From the NCBI GenBank assembly GCA_050291585.1, contig JBNKKA010000002.1:11019-75018 (forward strand): a stretch of 64,000 nucleotides of DNA, in the 5' to 3' direction. Shown in pieces: positions 36,241 to 46,112 of the stretch (position 1 is its first letter; each line of letters begins with the position of its first letter). Origin of the DNA: Desulfobacteraceae bacterium. Its GTDB lineage: Bacteria > Desulfobacterota > Desulfobacteria > Desulfobacterales > Desulfosarcinaceae. The notes beneath the pieces are model-generated. The model searched no databases and was not told where the DNA came from. It was given only the letters and a program-made list of their open reading frames with translations. The translations under genes and the position numbers were made by a program.

Positions 36241-38220
36241 TTAGTCTGGGATGATCTTGATGTACTCTTTCTTGAAAACATCCCACTCGGCCTTCTCCGG
36301 ATCGTACTTGGAGTTGACGAAGCAGAACCAGTTCTCATCATCCTGGCCCGGACAGTCTGACTGATAGTAGAAACCTGGATAACGGGTCTCTTTACGGAAC
36401 TGGATGTGGCGCAGGTGAGACTCCACCGTCCAGATGCGGTGGTAGATCTCCCAGGCTCTCATCAGCTCGTGCAGATCGCCGGCAGCCATCTTTTCACAGT
36501 CTTCGCGCATGGTCTGAAGTAGATCCATGACAATTTCAAGACTCTTGTTGCTGGTCTGGTAGAAGGTGGCCGTACCAGCACCATACTCATGGGTTGCCTT
36601 CATCAACCGGTACATCATGCCTTCGGGCTTGATGTAGTTGGGGTTGATGTTGATGGCGGTGGTGTATTCGCAGTGGTCGAGGAAGGTGCGAACCGGTTTG
36701 TAAACCAGGTCGACCAGCTCTTCCTTGGACTGTTTCAGGGTCGGGGTGAAGTCGGCGAAGTCTTTCGCATAGCGCACCATCTGCTTGGCGGCGATACGAC
36801 CTTCGGCATGGGAGCCGGAGGAGAACTTGTGACCGGAGCCACCGACGCCGTCACCAGAGGTGAACAGACCTTCAACGGTAGTCATCTGCTTGTAGACCTT
36901 GCCGTTGCGGGCTTTGATCTTGTAGGAATCCGGTACCCAGTCATAGTCCGGGCCGGAAGCCCAGAGACCACAGCAACCGGAGTGGGAACCCAACAGGTAA
37001 GGTTCGGTGGGCATAACTTCTGAGTTTTTCTTCTCCGGCTCACAGTCCTGAGCACACCACAAGTTGGCCTGACCGCAGGTCATGTCGAGGAAATCTTCCC
37101 AAGCTTCGGATTCAAGGTGCTTGAGTTCCTTCTTGTCCATGGTCTCGCCGAGAGTGGCCAGAGCGGTAACGGTGTCCATCATGATGGGACCGCGACCCTC
37201 TTTCATTTCGAAGAGCATCAGGTGGTTACGCAGACAGGTCGGGGTGATGGCGGCAGTGCCGTAAGGTGCATAGCGCTCCAGCTCGGCCTTGGCGGCATCA
37301 CTGCCGGCAAAGGCTTCACCCAGGCCGTTGAGGGTCTTGGCTTTGAACAGCAGGAACCAGGCACCGACCGGACCGTAACCGTCTTTAAAACGCGCCGGCG
37401 TGAAACGGTTCTCCATCATGGTCATCTCGGCGCCGACCTTCATGGCCATGGTGTAGGTGGAACCAGCGTTCCAGACCGGGTACCAAGCACGACCCTTACC
37501 CTCGCCAACCGAACGCGGCTGGTAGATGTTGACGGCGCCACCGCAGGCCACCATCATGGTCTTGCATTTGATGATGTAGACTTTATTCTCACGGACGGAG
37601 AAACCAACCGCGCCGGCGATCTGATTTGGCTGATTGGCGTCCAAGAGCAGTTCGACGATGAAGCAGCGCTCGATGATGTTGTCTTCGCCCAGGGCGAGTT
37701 TGGCGGCTTCGGCGACGATTCTCTTGTAAGATTCGCCGTTGATCATGATCTGCCATTTACCGGTTCGGACCGGCTGGGCGCCAGCTTTAAGGGTACCCAT
37801 CTTCTGGCCTTTTTTACCGTCGAGGTTTTTACCTTCTTCGGTTTTCTTCCAGACAGGCAGACCCCACTCCTCGAACAAGTGGACAGAGTCATCAACGTGA
37901 CAACCTAGATCGAAGATCAAGTCTTCACGAACCAAACCCATGAGGTCGTTACGCACCATGCGGACGTAATCTTCAGGGCTGTTGTCCCCGATGTAGGTGT
38001 TGATGGCGGAGAGGCCCTGAGCAACGGCACCGGATCTTTCCATGGCAGCCTTGTCGCACAGCAGAACGCTCTGGCCATCTTGCAGCCATTTTTTAACCTC
38101 AAACGCGGTACCGCAGGCAGCCATACCACCGCCAACGATCAGAATATCAACTTCGCGCTCCTCGACTTCCGGATCCCTTACGGCTTTGAGTTCACCCAGA
38201 ACTTTGTTCGGTAATGCCAT
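36241..38220 (-). CDS. aprA: Adenylylsulfate (APS) reductase alpha subunit
   Basis: 659-aa flavoprotein with DILIVGGGMAACGTAFE. Paired with aprB and followed by qmoABC. Confidence 0.95.
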   Translation of the reverse strand: MALPNKVLGELKAVRDPEVEEREVDILIVGGGMAACGTAFEVKKWLQDGQSVLLCDKAAMERSGAVAQGLSAINTYIGDNSPEDYVRMVRNDLMGLVREDLIFDLGCHVDDSVHLFEEWGLPVWKKTEEGKNLDGKKGQKMGTLKAGAQPVRTGKWQIMINGESYKRIVAEAAKLALGEDNIIERCFIVELLLDANQPNQIAGAVGFSVRENKVYIIKCKTMMVACGGAVNIYQPRSVGEGKGRAWYPVWNAGSTYTMAMKVGAEMTMMENRFTPARFKDGYGPVGAWFLLFKAKTLNGLGEAFAGSDAAKAELERYAPYGTAAITPTCLRNHLMLFEMKEGRGPIMMDTVTALATLGETMDKKELKHLESEAWEDFLDMTCGQANLWCAQDCEPEKKNSEVMPTEPYLLGSHSGCCGLWASGPDYDWVPDSYKIKARNGKVYKQMTTVEGLFTSGDGVGGSGHKFSSGSHAEGRIAAKQMVRYAKDFADFTPTLKQSKEELVDLVYKPVRTFLDHCEYTTAININPNYIKPEGMMYRLMKATHEYGAGTATFYQTSNKSLEIVMDLLQTMREDCEKMAAGDLHELMRAWEIYHRIWTVESHLRHIQFRKETRYPGFYYQSDCPGQDDENWFCFVNSKYDPEKAEWDVFKKEYIKIIPD

Positions 38221-38286
38221 ATCTATCCTCCTAATGATGTAGATTTCGAATGGTTGGGCACAATGCTAATACGTCTAGGGAGACCC

Positions 38287-38718
38287 TTAGACCTTGGGTG
38301 TGGGGATCTCGTAGCCGTCGGCTTCCTCGGTGGAGAGCAGATAGCTGTCCAGATCCTTGCCTTTCAGATCCGTGTACGCATTGGCAGCGCCTTCAGGAGT
38401 GGTCCGGATGGGGAACTTGAAGCGTTTGATGAGACCATTGCGGAACTTACAGGTCCACATGACATCTTCGGTACCCATCATGGGCATAATGCTGGATCCC
38501 AGAGGCACGAAGTCTGCGTAGCCTCTAACCTCAATTGCCTGGGTGGGGCAAATTTTGACACAGGAAAAGCACTCCCAGCACTGATCGGGTTCCTGGTTGT
38601 AAGCCTTCATTGCATTGGGGTCCAGAACCATCAGGTCATTGGGGCAGATGTACATGCAGGCGGTCTTATCGCCACCTTTGCAGCCGTCGCATTTTTCCTG
38701 AATGACAAAACTCGGCAT
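38287..38718 (-). CDS. aprB: Adenylylsulfate (APS) reductase beta subunit
   Basis: MPSFVIQEKCDGCKG...CMYICPNDLM...CWECFSCVKICP, which is two [4Fe-4S] motifs, plus the characteristic C-terminal tail. Confidence 0.95.
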   Translation of the reverse strand: MPSFVIQEKCDGCKGGDKTACMYICPNDLMVLDPNAMKAYNQEPDQCWECFSCVKICPTQAIEVRGYADFVPLGSSIMPMMGTEDVMWTCKFRNGLIKRFKFPIRTTPEGAANAYTDLKGKDLDSYLLSTEEADGYEIPTPKV

Positions 38719-38993
38719 TTACAATACCTCCTAATCTTAAACGGTGAAAGAATCAGAACTCGCAATTTCCAAACCGGGTTTGGAACAGCCTTCCTTTTCG
38801 CACCCCCCTTCTGAACTCAAGATTTACATGTATAACCATATCCACAGAAGACCAACGGTCTTTTTCAGCGATTCAGCATGCAACCATACCTTTAATTTCA
38901 CTCGGGATATGTCCGCATGCGATTAATTATAGATATCAATAATGCAGAATTATTATGTATGATTTCAGGAAGATATCGTGAAGCAAGGTAATT

Positions 38994-39022
38994 TGTTTAC
39001 CACCCCGCCATGGCCTTGTCAA
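38994..39022 (-). promoter_or_regulatory. Candidate sigma70-type promoter for aprBA (TTGACA-N17-TAAACA)
   Basis: On the minus strand, TTGACA is at 39022-39017 and TAAACA at 38999-38994. This would give a 5' UTR of roughly 270 nt. Motif match only. Confidence 0.3.
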
Positions 39023-39165
39023 GTATTTTCGGGGCGCCCAAATTGCAAAGGTGGCAAACACTTACGGGCGTTCTCCTATGGGTATTTACCCACTTGGCAC
39101 ATGTAGATAGCTACGCGAATTACACCACTATATATGGTATGCATTTACCAGGCCCCGAGTGACCG

Positions 39166-39195
39166 TTGACAGGCACCTAGGCCCCGTTGCATTAT
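39166..39195 (+). promoter_or_regulatory. Candidate sigma70-type promoter (TTGACA-N18-CATTAT) for the ykgJ-like gene
   Basis: Motif match about 60 nt upstream of the ATG at 39257. Confidence 0.3.
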
Positions 39196-39256
39196 TCGCG
39201 ACGCATCGGCACCAAAGAGGAACCCCACTTCAGGCAAGCAGGCAGAGGAGACGCCC

Positions 39257-39979
39257 ATGCAACCCGCATTTCACCCACTGATAGCAGACCAGAGCTTCCG
39301 CTTTGCCTGCCACCCTGAGGTGCCCTGTTTCAACCAGTGCTGCCGGGATCTGACCCAGCTCCTCACGCCCTACGACATCCTACGCCTGAAACAGCACCTC
39401 AAATGCGCTTCGGCCCAATTCCTCAGCGCCCACACCATCGAAAGCACCGGGCCCCAGAGCGGCCTGCCCATCATCGCCCTCAAACCCGTGGGGGCCGAAC
39501 GCTTATGCCCCTTTGTTGGCGACCAGGGATGCACCGTCTACTCGGATCGCCCCGCCTCCTGCCGCACCTATCCCTTGGCAAGGGCCGTGGGTATCCACCC
39601 CGCCACCGGCGAGCGCATGGAACAGTTTGCCCTTATTCGGGAACCCCACTGCCACGGATTTAGCTGTGACCAAGAACAATCTGCCCAAGAGTGGGTGGCC
39701 GACCAGGGTCTCGAGCCCTACAACGAGACCAACGACCGCCTGCTGAGCCTCATCCAGCATAAGCGCAGGCTGGGCAAAGCCCCCCTCAATCCCAGCCAGC
39801 GTGCCCGGTTCCATCTCGCCCTCTACAATCTGGACGAATTCCGCCTCTGCCTCAAAGAAGGTGACCTTCCCATCCCCGCCCCCTTATCAGAAATGGCGGT
39901 GGCTGCATTGGGCGGCGATGATACCGACCTCCTGGGATTCGCCATCCCATGGGTCCAGGCCGTGGTATTCGGATCCTGA
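39257..39979 (+). CDS. YkgJ-family (UPF0153) cysteine-cluster protein, paralog 1
   Basis: FRFACHPEVPCFNQCCRDL...PYDILRLKQHL. A second Cys group is CPFVGDQGCTVYSDRPASCRTYP. Confidence 0.65.
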   Translation: MQPAFHPLIADQSFRFACHPEVPCFNQCCRDLTQLLTPYDILRLKQHLKCASAQFLSAHTIESTGPQSGLPIIALKPVGAERLCPFVGDQGCTVYSDRPASCRTYPLARAVGIHPATGERMEQFALIREPHCHGFSCDQEQSAQEWVADQGLEPYNETNDRLLSLIQHKRRLGKAPLNPSQRARFHLALYNLDEFRLCLKEGDLPIPAPLSEMAVAALGGDDTDLLGFAIPWVQAVVFGS

Positions 39980-40211
39980 CAGCGCCCATCATCTCTGGCC
40001 CTAGTCCGCCTTCGCCCAATGCTCAAACTGAACCCGTTTTATTATATCTATTAGATGGACGGGTTCTAAAGCTTAAACGCAAGCTACCGATATTGAGGCT
40101 AGCGCCGCCGCGAACTCTAAAATCAATTCATTACCAGATTACCACTCACTATCAGAATTCCACCGTGCCAATTGGGTCAGGGTCACGGTCAATTGAGGGA
40201 GCAAATCACCA

Positions 40212-42299
40212 TTGAAATCAATCAGTCTCAAAATTGGATCAAAGTTGCTCATCGCCTTCCTCCTCGTGGGGCTCATCCCTCTTGCCACCATCGGTGCCAG
40301 CTCGCTCATCACCGCCAAAGAGGCCCTCAACCAGGCGGCTATCGAAAAACTCGCGGCCATCGGGGAAACTCGACGCAACCAGGTGCAGACTTATGCAACG
40401 CAGGTCCTCACCGACGCAGAAACCATGGCACTCAGCATGGACGCCTTTATTCTCTACGAACAATTCGACATGTACGACAACCTGAGTACTGTCGAAGAGA
40501 ACGGCCCCTACGATATTAACAATGCCGAATACAAATCCATCTGCGAAGAGAACGGCAAAAACTTGTCTCGTCTCTATAAAGAGGGCACCTACGCTGATGT
40601 TTACTTTTTGGGGGTCCCCTGGGGACACGTCAAGTATTCGGCCGCCAAAGGACCAGACCTGGGCAGTAACCTGAACTCAGGCCCCTACAAAGATAGCGGT
40701 CTGGGAAAAGTGTGGCGGCAAGTCATAGAAACCAAGGCCGGTGCTTTCATTGATTTCGCCCCCTATGAAGCTGCCGATATGGCGCCCTCTGCCTTTGTGG
40801 GCCAACCCATCCCGGATGAGGACGGCGAGCTTTTAGGGGTACTCGCATTTCGCATTACTGCGGAACGTATCAATGCCATCATGCAGGAGCGCAGCGGTAT
40901 GGGTAAAACCGGAGAGACCTACCTGGTCGGCCCCGATCAGTTGATGCGCTCCGACACCTATTTCGCCCCGGACCAGTTCAGCGTGGCCGCCAGCTTTGCC
41001 GACCCTCAGAAGGGCCGCATGGCCACAGAGGCGGCTCAACTCGCCCTGGCGGGCAATAGCGAAACCCGCATCACCGAAAACTACAAGGGCCAAAAGGTCC
41101 TCTCCAGCTTCGGCCCCATAGAGGTTGGCGGTTGCCAATGGGCGATAGTGGCCGAGATCGGCGCCAAAGAAGCTTTTTCTGCGGTTGCCCACCTACAGTG
41201 GTTGAGCGGCATTTTGACCCTGACCTGCTTAGGCGGCATCATCACCGTAGCCCTTTTACTAACCCGCGCCATCACGACGCCCCTGCGTAAGGGGGTGGCC
41301 TTCGCGGAAACAATGGCCCAGGGTGATTTCAGCAACACACTCGAGGTTAAGGAGGGCGATGAGATCGGTGACCTGGGCGCCGCCCTGAACCGCATGACCC
41401 ACAGCCTGGGGGAGATGCTCCAACAGATCATCGCGGGCATCGACACCCTCTCAGGTTCTTCCAGTGAACTCAATCAGCTTTCTGAGCAGATGTCCAGCGG
41501 CTCAGAACAGACCGCTGCCAAATCCAAAACCGTCGCCAGTGCATCCGAGGAGATGAACAGCAATATGAACTCGGTGGCGGCCGCCATGGAGGAGGCCGCC
41601 ACAAACCTGACCTCGGTGGCCTCCGCGTCCGAGGAGATCTCCGACACTATCAACGACATCGCCAACAACTCGGACCGCGCCCGCAAGATCACCGGCGACG
41701 CCGTGCAGCAAGCCCAGACCGCATCCGAAACCGTCGGTCATCTCGGGACTTCGGCCCTGGAGATCGGCAAGGTGACCGAGGCGATCACGGAGATCTCGGA
41801 GCAGACCAACTTATTGGCCCTCAACGCTACCATCGAGGCCGCCCGGGCCGGCGAGGCCGGCAAAGGGTTTGCCGTAGTAGCCAACGAAATAAAAGAGCTG
41901 GCCAAACAGACCGCCACAGCCACCCAGGATATCAAACGTCAGGTGACGGGCATCCAGGGCACATCCGAAAATGTTGCGGCCGCCATCAACCAGATTACGG
42001 GCGTCATCAGCGAGATCGACGAGATCGTCACCACCATCGCCACGGCGGTGGCGGAACAGTCCAGCACCTCCCAGGAGATCGCCAGCAACGTCAACCAGGC
42101 CTCAGTGGGCATTACCGAGGTAAACCACAACATCGCCCAGAGTTCCGCCGTGTCGGACAGCATATCCCAGGATATCGGCGAGGTCACCCACCTCACCGAC
42201 GAAATCAACCAGAGCAGCAGCAAGGTCAGCGAAAGCGCCGACAGCCTCTCCTCCCTGGCGGGCAAACTCAAGGATATGGTCCAGCGCTTCCGCATCTGA
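40212..42299 (+). CDS. Methyl-accepting chemotaxis protein with a periplasmic Cache-like sensor and HAMP domain
   Basis: Two TM segments flank a roughly 290-aa periplasmic domain. HAMP region ([25 protein letters not shown]). Highly conserved signalling hairpin [38 protein letters not shown] start. Confidence 0.9.
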   Translation: MKSISLKIGSKLLIAFLLVGLIPLATIGASSLITAKEALNQAAIEKLAAIGETRRNQVQTYATQVLTDAETMALSMDAFILYEQFDMYDNLSTVEENGPYDINNAEYKSICEENGKNLSRLYKEGTYADVYFLGVPWGHVKYSAAKGPDLGSNLNSGPYKDSGLGKVWRQVIETKAGAFIDFAPYEAADMAPSAFVGQPIPDEDGELLGVLAFRITAERINAIMQERSGMGKTGETYLVGPDQLMRSDTYFAPDQFSVAASFADPQKGRMATEAAQLALAGNSETRITENYKGQKVLSSFGPIEVGGCQWAIVAEIGAKEAFSAVAHLQWLSGILTLTCLGGIITVALLLTRAITTPLRKGVAFAETMAQGDFSNTLEVKEGDEIGDLGAALNRMTHSLGEMLQQIIAGIDTLSGSSSELNQLSEQMSSGSEQTAAKSKTVASASEEMNSNMNSVAAAMEEAATNLTSVASASEEISDTINDIANNSDRARKITGDAVQQAQTASETVGHLGTSALEIGKVTEAITEISEQTNLLALNATIEAARAGEAGKGFAVVANEIKELAKQTATATQDIKRQVTGIQGTSENVAAAINQITGVISEIDEIVTTIATAVAEQSSTSQEIASNVNQASVGITEVNHNIAQSSAVSDSISQDIGEVTHLTDEINQSSSKVSESADSLSSLAGKLKDMVQRFRI

Positions 42300-42320
42300 A
42301 TGCTTTTCTCCCCAAAAGCA

Positions 42321-42365
42321 CAAAGGCCCCGGACTTTCCGTTGGAAATTCCGGGGCCTTTGTTTG
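42321..42365 (+). terminator. Intrinsic terminator after the MCP gene
   Basis: CAAAGGCCCCGGA...TCCGGGGCCTTTG, a 13-bp stem followed by TTTG. Confidence 0.7.
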
Positions 42366-42402
42366 CAATTTAGACCAATCATATTCTCGACCGAAAATCT
42401 AT

Positions 42403-43185
42403 CTATTTCGGTCGAACCCTATCTGACGGCAAACCCCAGACAAAGAGCTTAATCCACTCAAACCCGAACCTGAGCAGGGCCCGCTCACTGCGTCGCAGCT
42501 TACGCACCAGGGCCGGCTTGACCCGATAGCGCTTCAGAAAACTGCTTTCAAATACAAAGCCCCTAAAACCGTCCATGTTGTAAGCCGCCATGAAGGCCAT
42601 GCGTGCTCTGGACCCGCTGGGTCCCTCGGCTCCCCATGGATCTTTTAAAAAAAGACGTTTGACGGCGGCCCACTCGGCCGTCATGCGGTTGTGGGTGGCC
42701 GCCTCCTGGTCTTCGGCCCACCCCCTAAGATCCCACTCCTGGTCTTCATGCTGCCCCTGACAGAACTCCGGTGGCCGGAAAAAACCAACGATCTCGGGCG
42801 GATGTGAGGCGTCCCGGTAGTAGGCACCCTGCTCCACGGGAAAAGTACGGCAGGTGTCCGGGCGGGCGGGATAGACGGCACAACCCTCGGGGGTCAGGAA
42901 AGGACAGGTGTGTTCCTCGTCTTCGCGCATGCGCAGGAGCACATCGGGAAAGGCGTTATCCGGCCGCAGAACCACATCCACATATGTGTCTATAAAAGTC
43001 TCGGCCGTCATGTCCAAATGACGTTTTAGCAGAAGGAGGTCGTAGGGGTAGAGAAACAAGTTGAGATTGCGGCAGCAGCGGTTGAAACAGTCCAGGCCGG
43101 CATGGCAGTGAAAACGAAACCGCTCCTTAGCTTTGATCTGGCGGCCAGGCAACTTCTGGATCTCGTTGGAATCGATGGATCTCAC
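42403..43185 (-). CDS. YkgJ-family cysteine-cluster protein, paralog 2
   Basis: FRFHCHAGLDCFNRCCRNL...PYDLLLLKRHL and CPFLTPEGCAVYPARPDTCRTFP. Colinear with paralog 1. Confidence 0.65.
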   Translation of the reverse strand: MRSIDSNEIQKLPGRQIKAKERFRFHCHAGLDCFNRCCRNLNLFLYPYDLLLLKRHLDMTAETFIDTYVDVVLRPDNAFPDVLLRMREDEEHTCPFLTPEGCAVYPARPDTCRTFPVEQGAYYRDASHPPEIVGFFRPPEFCQGQHEDQEWDLRGWAEDQEAATHNRMTAEWAAVKRLFLKDPWGAEGPSGSRARMAFMAAYNMDGFRGFVFESSFLKRYRVKPALVRKLRRSERALLRFGFEWIKLFVWGLPSDRVRPK

Positions 43186-43205
43186 TTGGATTCATTCCTT
43201 AATCT

Positions 43206-43880
43206 TTAGGCGGTGGAGCCAACGCCATCTCCATCGTCGGCAAAGGCGACGAGGCATTCGGCCAGGGTCATGTGCAACCGGATGGGGGCCTCAATGTGGC
43301 GACGCAAGCCCTGCTCCAACTGGGCCAGTCTCCGGTAAAAGGGGGTCCGGTCCAGGCGGCGCGACACCTCTCCCCTGGAAAGGGTATCGAACGAATGGCA
43401 GCCCGGCCCGTTGATGACGCGGCCGTCTGGCCGGCGCAATTCGTGGGGAACACCGTGCAGGCGGCAGATCATCGGGCGATAGGCATAGAGTGCGCAGCGC
43501 CCCGCCACGTTAATGGGGCACATGGAGCGGGGCGGCCCGTCGAATTCGTCTGCCGGAGCCGCGTCGATAGCCACCTGGGTGGCCACCGCACGCCCATAGA
43601 GGTCTTCTCGATCTGGCTCGGAGAGGGTGTTCAATCCATGAATGAGCAGCAGGAATTCAGCGTAGGTGTGGTGGTAGAAGACCGTGCGGCAGCAGCTCTC
43701 TTCACAGCCCTGGCAGGTAAATCCATAGTGAGCTGCGACTTCAGTGTAACCTCGATCCATCTCCGCCAGAATCTCCGTAACCTCAGCCTGGACATCTTTG
43801 ATCCCATTGAGCCGCCGCGCAATGGATTGAAGATGGCGCGCTTGCTCTATAGGACTATGGGTGGGTCGCTGCAAGGACAA
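43206..43880 (-). CDS. YkgJ-family cysteine-cluster protein, paralog 3 (divergent)
   Basis: CQGCEESCC (CxxCxxxCC) and CPINVAGRCALYAYRPMICRLHG. Confidence 0.55.
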   Translation of the reverse strand: MSLQRPTHSPIEQARHLQSIARRLNGIKDVQAEVTEILAEMDRGYTEVAAHYGFTCQGCEESCCRTVFYHHTYAEFLLLIHGLNTLSEPDREDLYGRAVATQVAIDAAPADEFDGPPRSMCPINVAGRCALYAYRPMICRLHGVPHELRRPDGRVINGPGCHSFDTLSRGEVSRRLDRTPFYRRLAQLEQGLRRHIEAPIRLHMTLAECLVAFADDGDGVGSTA

Positions 43881-44061
43881 ACTCCCAAAAGAATCGGAAA
43901 AAAATTAGGCGGGCAGGATCAGCCGCCGGCCAACGCACCTCCCACAAAAATTCTCAAATATTGTGCACTCGGCGAAAAGTTTTATATTTACCCATAGGCA
44001 CCTGCGATTGTAAAGCGCTATCCAAGCGACTGAGACACCACCAGAAGGGAGTTCGCCGAAA

Positions 44062-44622
44062 ATGGGTCATCATCTTATCATGGGGAGCCTGGCAGACATC
44101 CTGACCGGCGAACCCCTCGACGACACGCATGATGAACGCTACCGCCAAGACCTCATCCGCCTGCTCCTGGATGACAAGGGCTACCAAAAGGCCAACATTT
44201 CCGCACGCCATGCGCTGACCGTCCGCGCGGACGCGCGCAGCGGCACCCTGGCCATCGACCTCCTTGTGACCCTGGAGGAACGCATCACCATGCTCATCAA
44301 GTACGGCCCGGGCTCCCTGGTCACCCGCGAACGTGCCGTCCTGGCCGCTGGACGCCTGGTGGCCCCCTACCAGATCCCCATCGTCGTCATCACCAATGGG
44401 AAAGATGCCCATATTATGGACGGTGCCAAAGGAAAAGTGATCGCCACCGGCCTGGATGCCATCCCGGATCGGGATCAACTCAGAGAGATTCGTCGCAAAG
44501 CCACCTTTGACAGCATCAGCGTATCGAGGGTTGAAAGGGAGTCACGCCTGTTGTATTGCTATGAGATTGACGGTGCCTGCCCTTGCGACGACACCATCTG
44601 TCGCTTGCCGGAATCGTTCTGA
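44062..44622 (+). CDS. Type I restriction enzyme HsdR N-terminal (HSDR_N-like) domain protein
   Basis: ERYRQDLIRLLLDDKGY...AIDLLV...MLIKYG...PIVVITNGKDAHIMD pattern, which is a PD-(D/E)xK-like core. Recognised from memory only. Confidence 0.5.
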   Translation: MGHHLIMGSLADILTGEPLDDTHDERYRQDLIRLLLDDKGYQKANISARHALTVRADARSGTLAIDLLVTLEERITMLIKYGPGSLVTRERAVLAAGRLVAPYQIPIVVITNGKDAHIMDGAKGKVIATGLDAIPDRDQLREIRRKATFDSISVSRVERESRLLYCYEIDGACPCDDTICRLPESF

Positions 44623-44641
44623 GAAAGATCCCGGCCACGCA

Positions 44642-44679
44642 CCGCAAAAGGCCAGATTTTTGTGCGGAAGTGTTTTTTT
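44642..44679 (+). terminator. Candidate intrinsic terminator
   Basis: CCGCAAAA...TTTTTGTGCGG, an imperfect stem, followed by AAGTGTTTTTTT. Confidence 0.35.
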
Positions 44680-44681
44680 GC

Positions 44682-44708
44682 TTGCAATTACTGGTAGCTT
44701 TATATAAT
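44682..44708 (+). promoter_or_regulatory. Candidate infC promoter (TTGCAA-N15-TATAAT)
   Basis: Perfect -10 hexamer at 44703-44708 in an AT-rich stretch. The -35 element and the spacing are sub-optimal. Confidence 0.3.
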
Positions 44709-44962
44709 TGGGCTAATTTACATCTAAACCAAGCGCTTCATCTTTCTCGTGATTTTCTATTATTTATATTTTCAGGCGCTTAGTTGGTCGTATTAAGAAA
44801 TATCCGCCCAAGGCGACCCGGAGAAGCGCTTCAGTGACGCGCTAGTGGCGCTTCGCGGTCTTTCTGTGTTCGAACTTTGCGCACAGGACTCTCTGGAGCG
44901 GAGCAACGAATAATGGCCACACATGAGAACCGAATCGGAAACATTACTTAGGAGGTGCCAGA

Positions 44963-45502
44963 ATAGCTTCGCCGAAAAACTATAAAGGTGGCAGCAGATC
45001 GGATCGCGTTAATATCAACAAGAATATCCGTGCTCGGCAGGTTCGTGTCATCGAACCCGATGGAAACCAGCTCGGTATTCTGACGATTCAAGAAGCCCTT
45101 GACACAGCCAATAGAGCAGGCCTGGACCTCGTAGAGGTATCGCCCAATGCAAATCCACCGGTTTGCAAAATCATGGACTATGGGCGCTTTAAATACGAAC
45201 AAACAAAGAAACAGCAAGAGGCCAAGAAAAAGCAGAGTGCTTTCCAGTTGAAAGAGATCAAAGTTCGGCCGAAAACTGGAGAGCACGATCTGCAGACCAA
45301 GCTGGGTCACATTCGCAAATTCATCGAACGGCGCGACAAGGTCAAGGTAACCGTGATGTTCCGCGGCAGAGAGATCACCTTGTCGGCTCGCGGACGCGAA
45401 CTCCTCATGCGAATCGCCACAGAGGTTGAAGAGATTGCGGCGGTGGAACAATCACCCAAGTTTGAAGGCCGCACCATGATGATGATCCTGGCACCGCGCT
45501 AG
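44963..45502 (+). CDS. infC: Translation initiation factor IF-3, initiating at a non-canonical ATA codon
   Basis: The ORF track lists only the C-terminal 109 aa (from 45173). The same frame is open back to 44927 and encodes INKNIRARQVRVIEPDGNQLGILTIQEALDTANRAGLDLVEVSPNANPPVCKIMDY, which is the IF3 N-domain. GGAGG at 44951-44955 precedes ATA 44963 by 7 nt. No ATG/GTG/TTG is available upstream. Confidence 0.85.
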   Translation: MASPKNYKGGSRSDRVNINKNIRARQVRVIEPDGNQLGILTIQEALDTANRAGLDLVEVSPNANPPVCKIMDYGRFKYEQTKKQQEAKKKQSAFQLKEIKVRPKTGEHDLQTKLGHIRKFIERRDKVKVTVMFRGREITLSARGRELLMRIATEVEEIAAVEQSPKFEGRTMMMILAPR

Positions 45503-45776
45503 CTTTTGGATGTATTTTAGACCCCTCGCTAGGACGAGCAGAAAGCGAATCTATAGTACAGACGCTGATAATGCGCGAATAGCGGGAACAAAGAGTAACC
45601 AAGTTTAGGTGGCGTGAGCGACGCCCTTGAGCCCGCTCACGCCATCTGTGTTGTTTGCCCAATGGCAATAGAATCAGCTGAATCACCAAGCGCTCGCACC
45701 GGCGGCGCCCTAAGATATTTTAGGATGCACCAGCCTGACACGCTTTCAGCGAATCGAGATCACAAGGAGTGAACCC

Positions 45777-45974
45777 ATGCCTAAAATCAAGACCAACCGT
45801 GCAGCTGCCAAGCGCTTCAAGCGGACAGGAACGGGAAAATACCGCTACAACAAGTCCCATGCCAGCCACATTCTGACCAAGAAGACCACCAAGCGCAAAC
45901 GTGGCCTGCGCCTGGCCCAGGTGATTAAGAAGTCGGACATGCGCGAGTTGAAGCTGCTACTCCCCAATGGATAA
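45777..45974 (+). CDS. rpmI: 50S ribosomal protein L35
   Basis: [21 protein letters not shown]... is a typical L35 sequence. Confidence 0.95.
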   Translation: MPKIKTNRAAAKRFKRTGTGKYRYNKSHASHILTKKTTKRKRGLRLAQVIKKSDMRELKLLLPNG

Positions 45975-46112
45975 GATGGCGGAACTATCCGCTTTACACC
46001 GCAAACCGGCCCCTAAGTACGGATGCGCTTATTATCAGATAGGCCCCTCATCGTCAGATGAGACCTCATCGTTAGGTGAACCGTCGCCGGCCGCGTGCAC
46101 TAAGGAGATACA

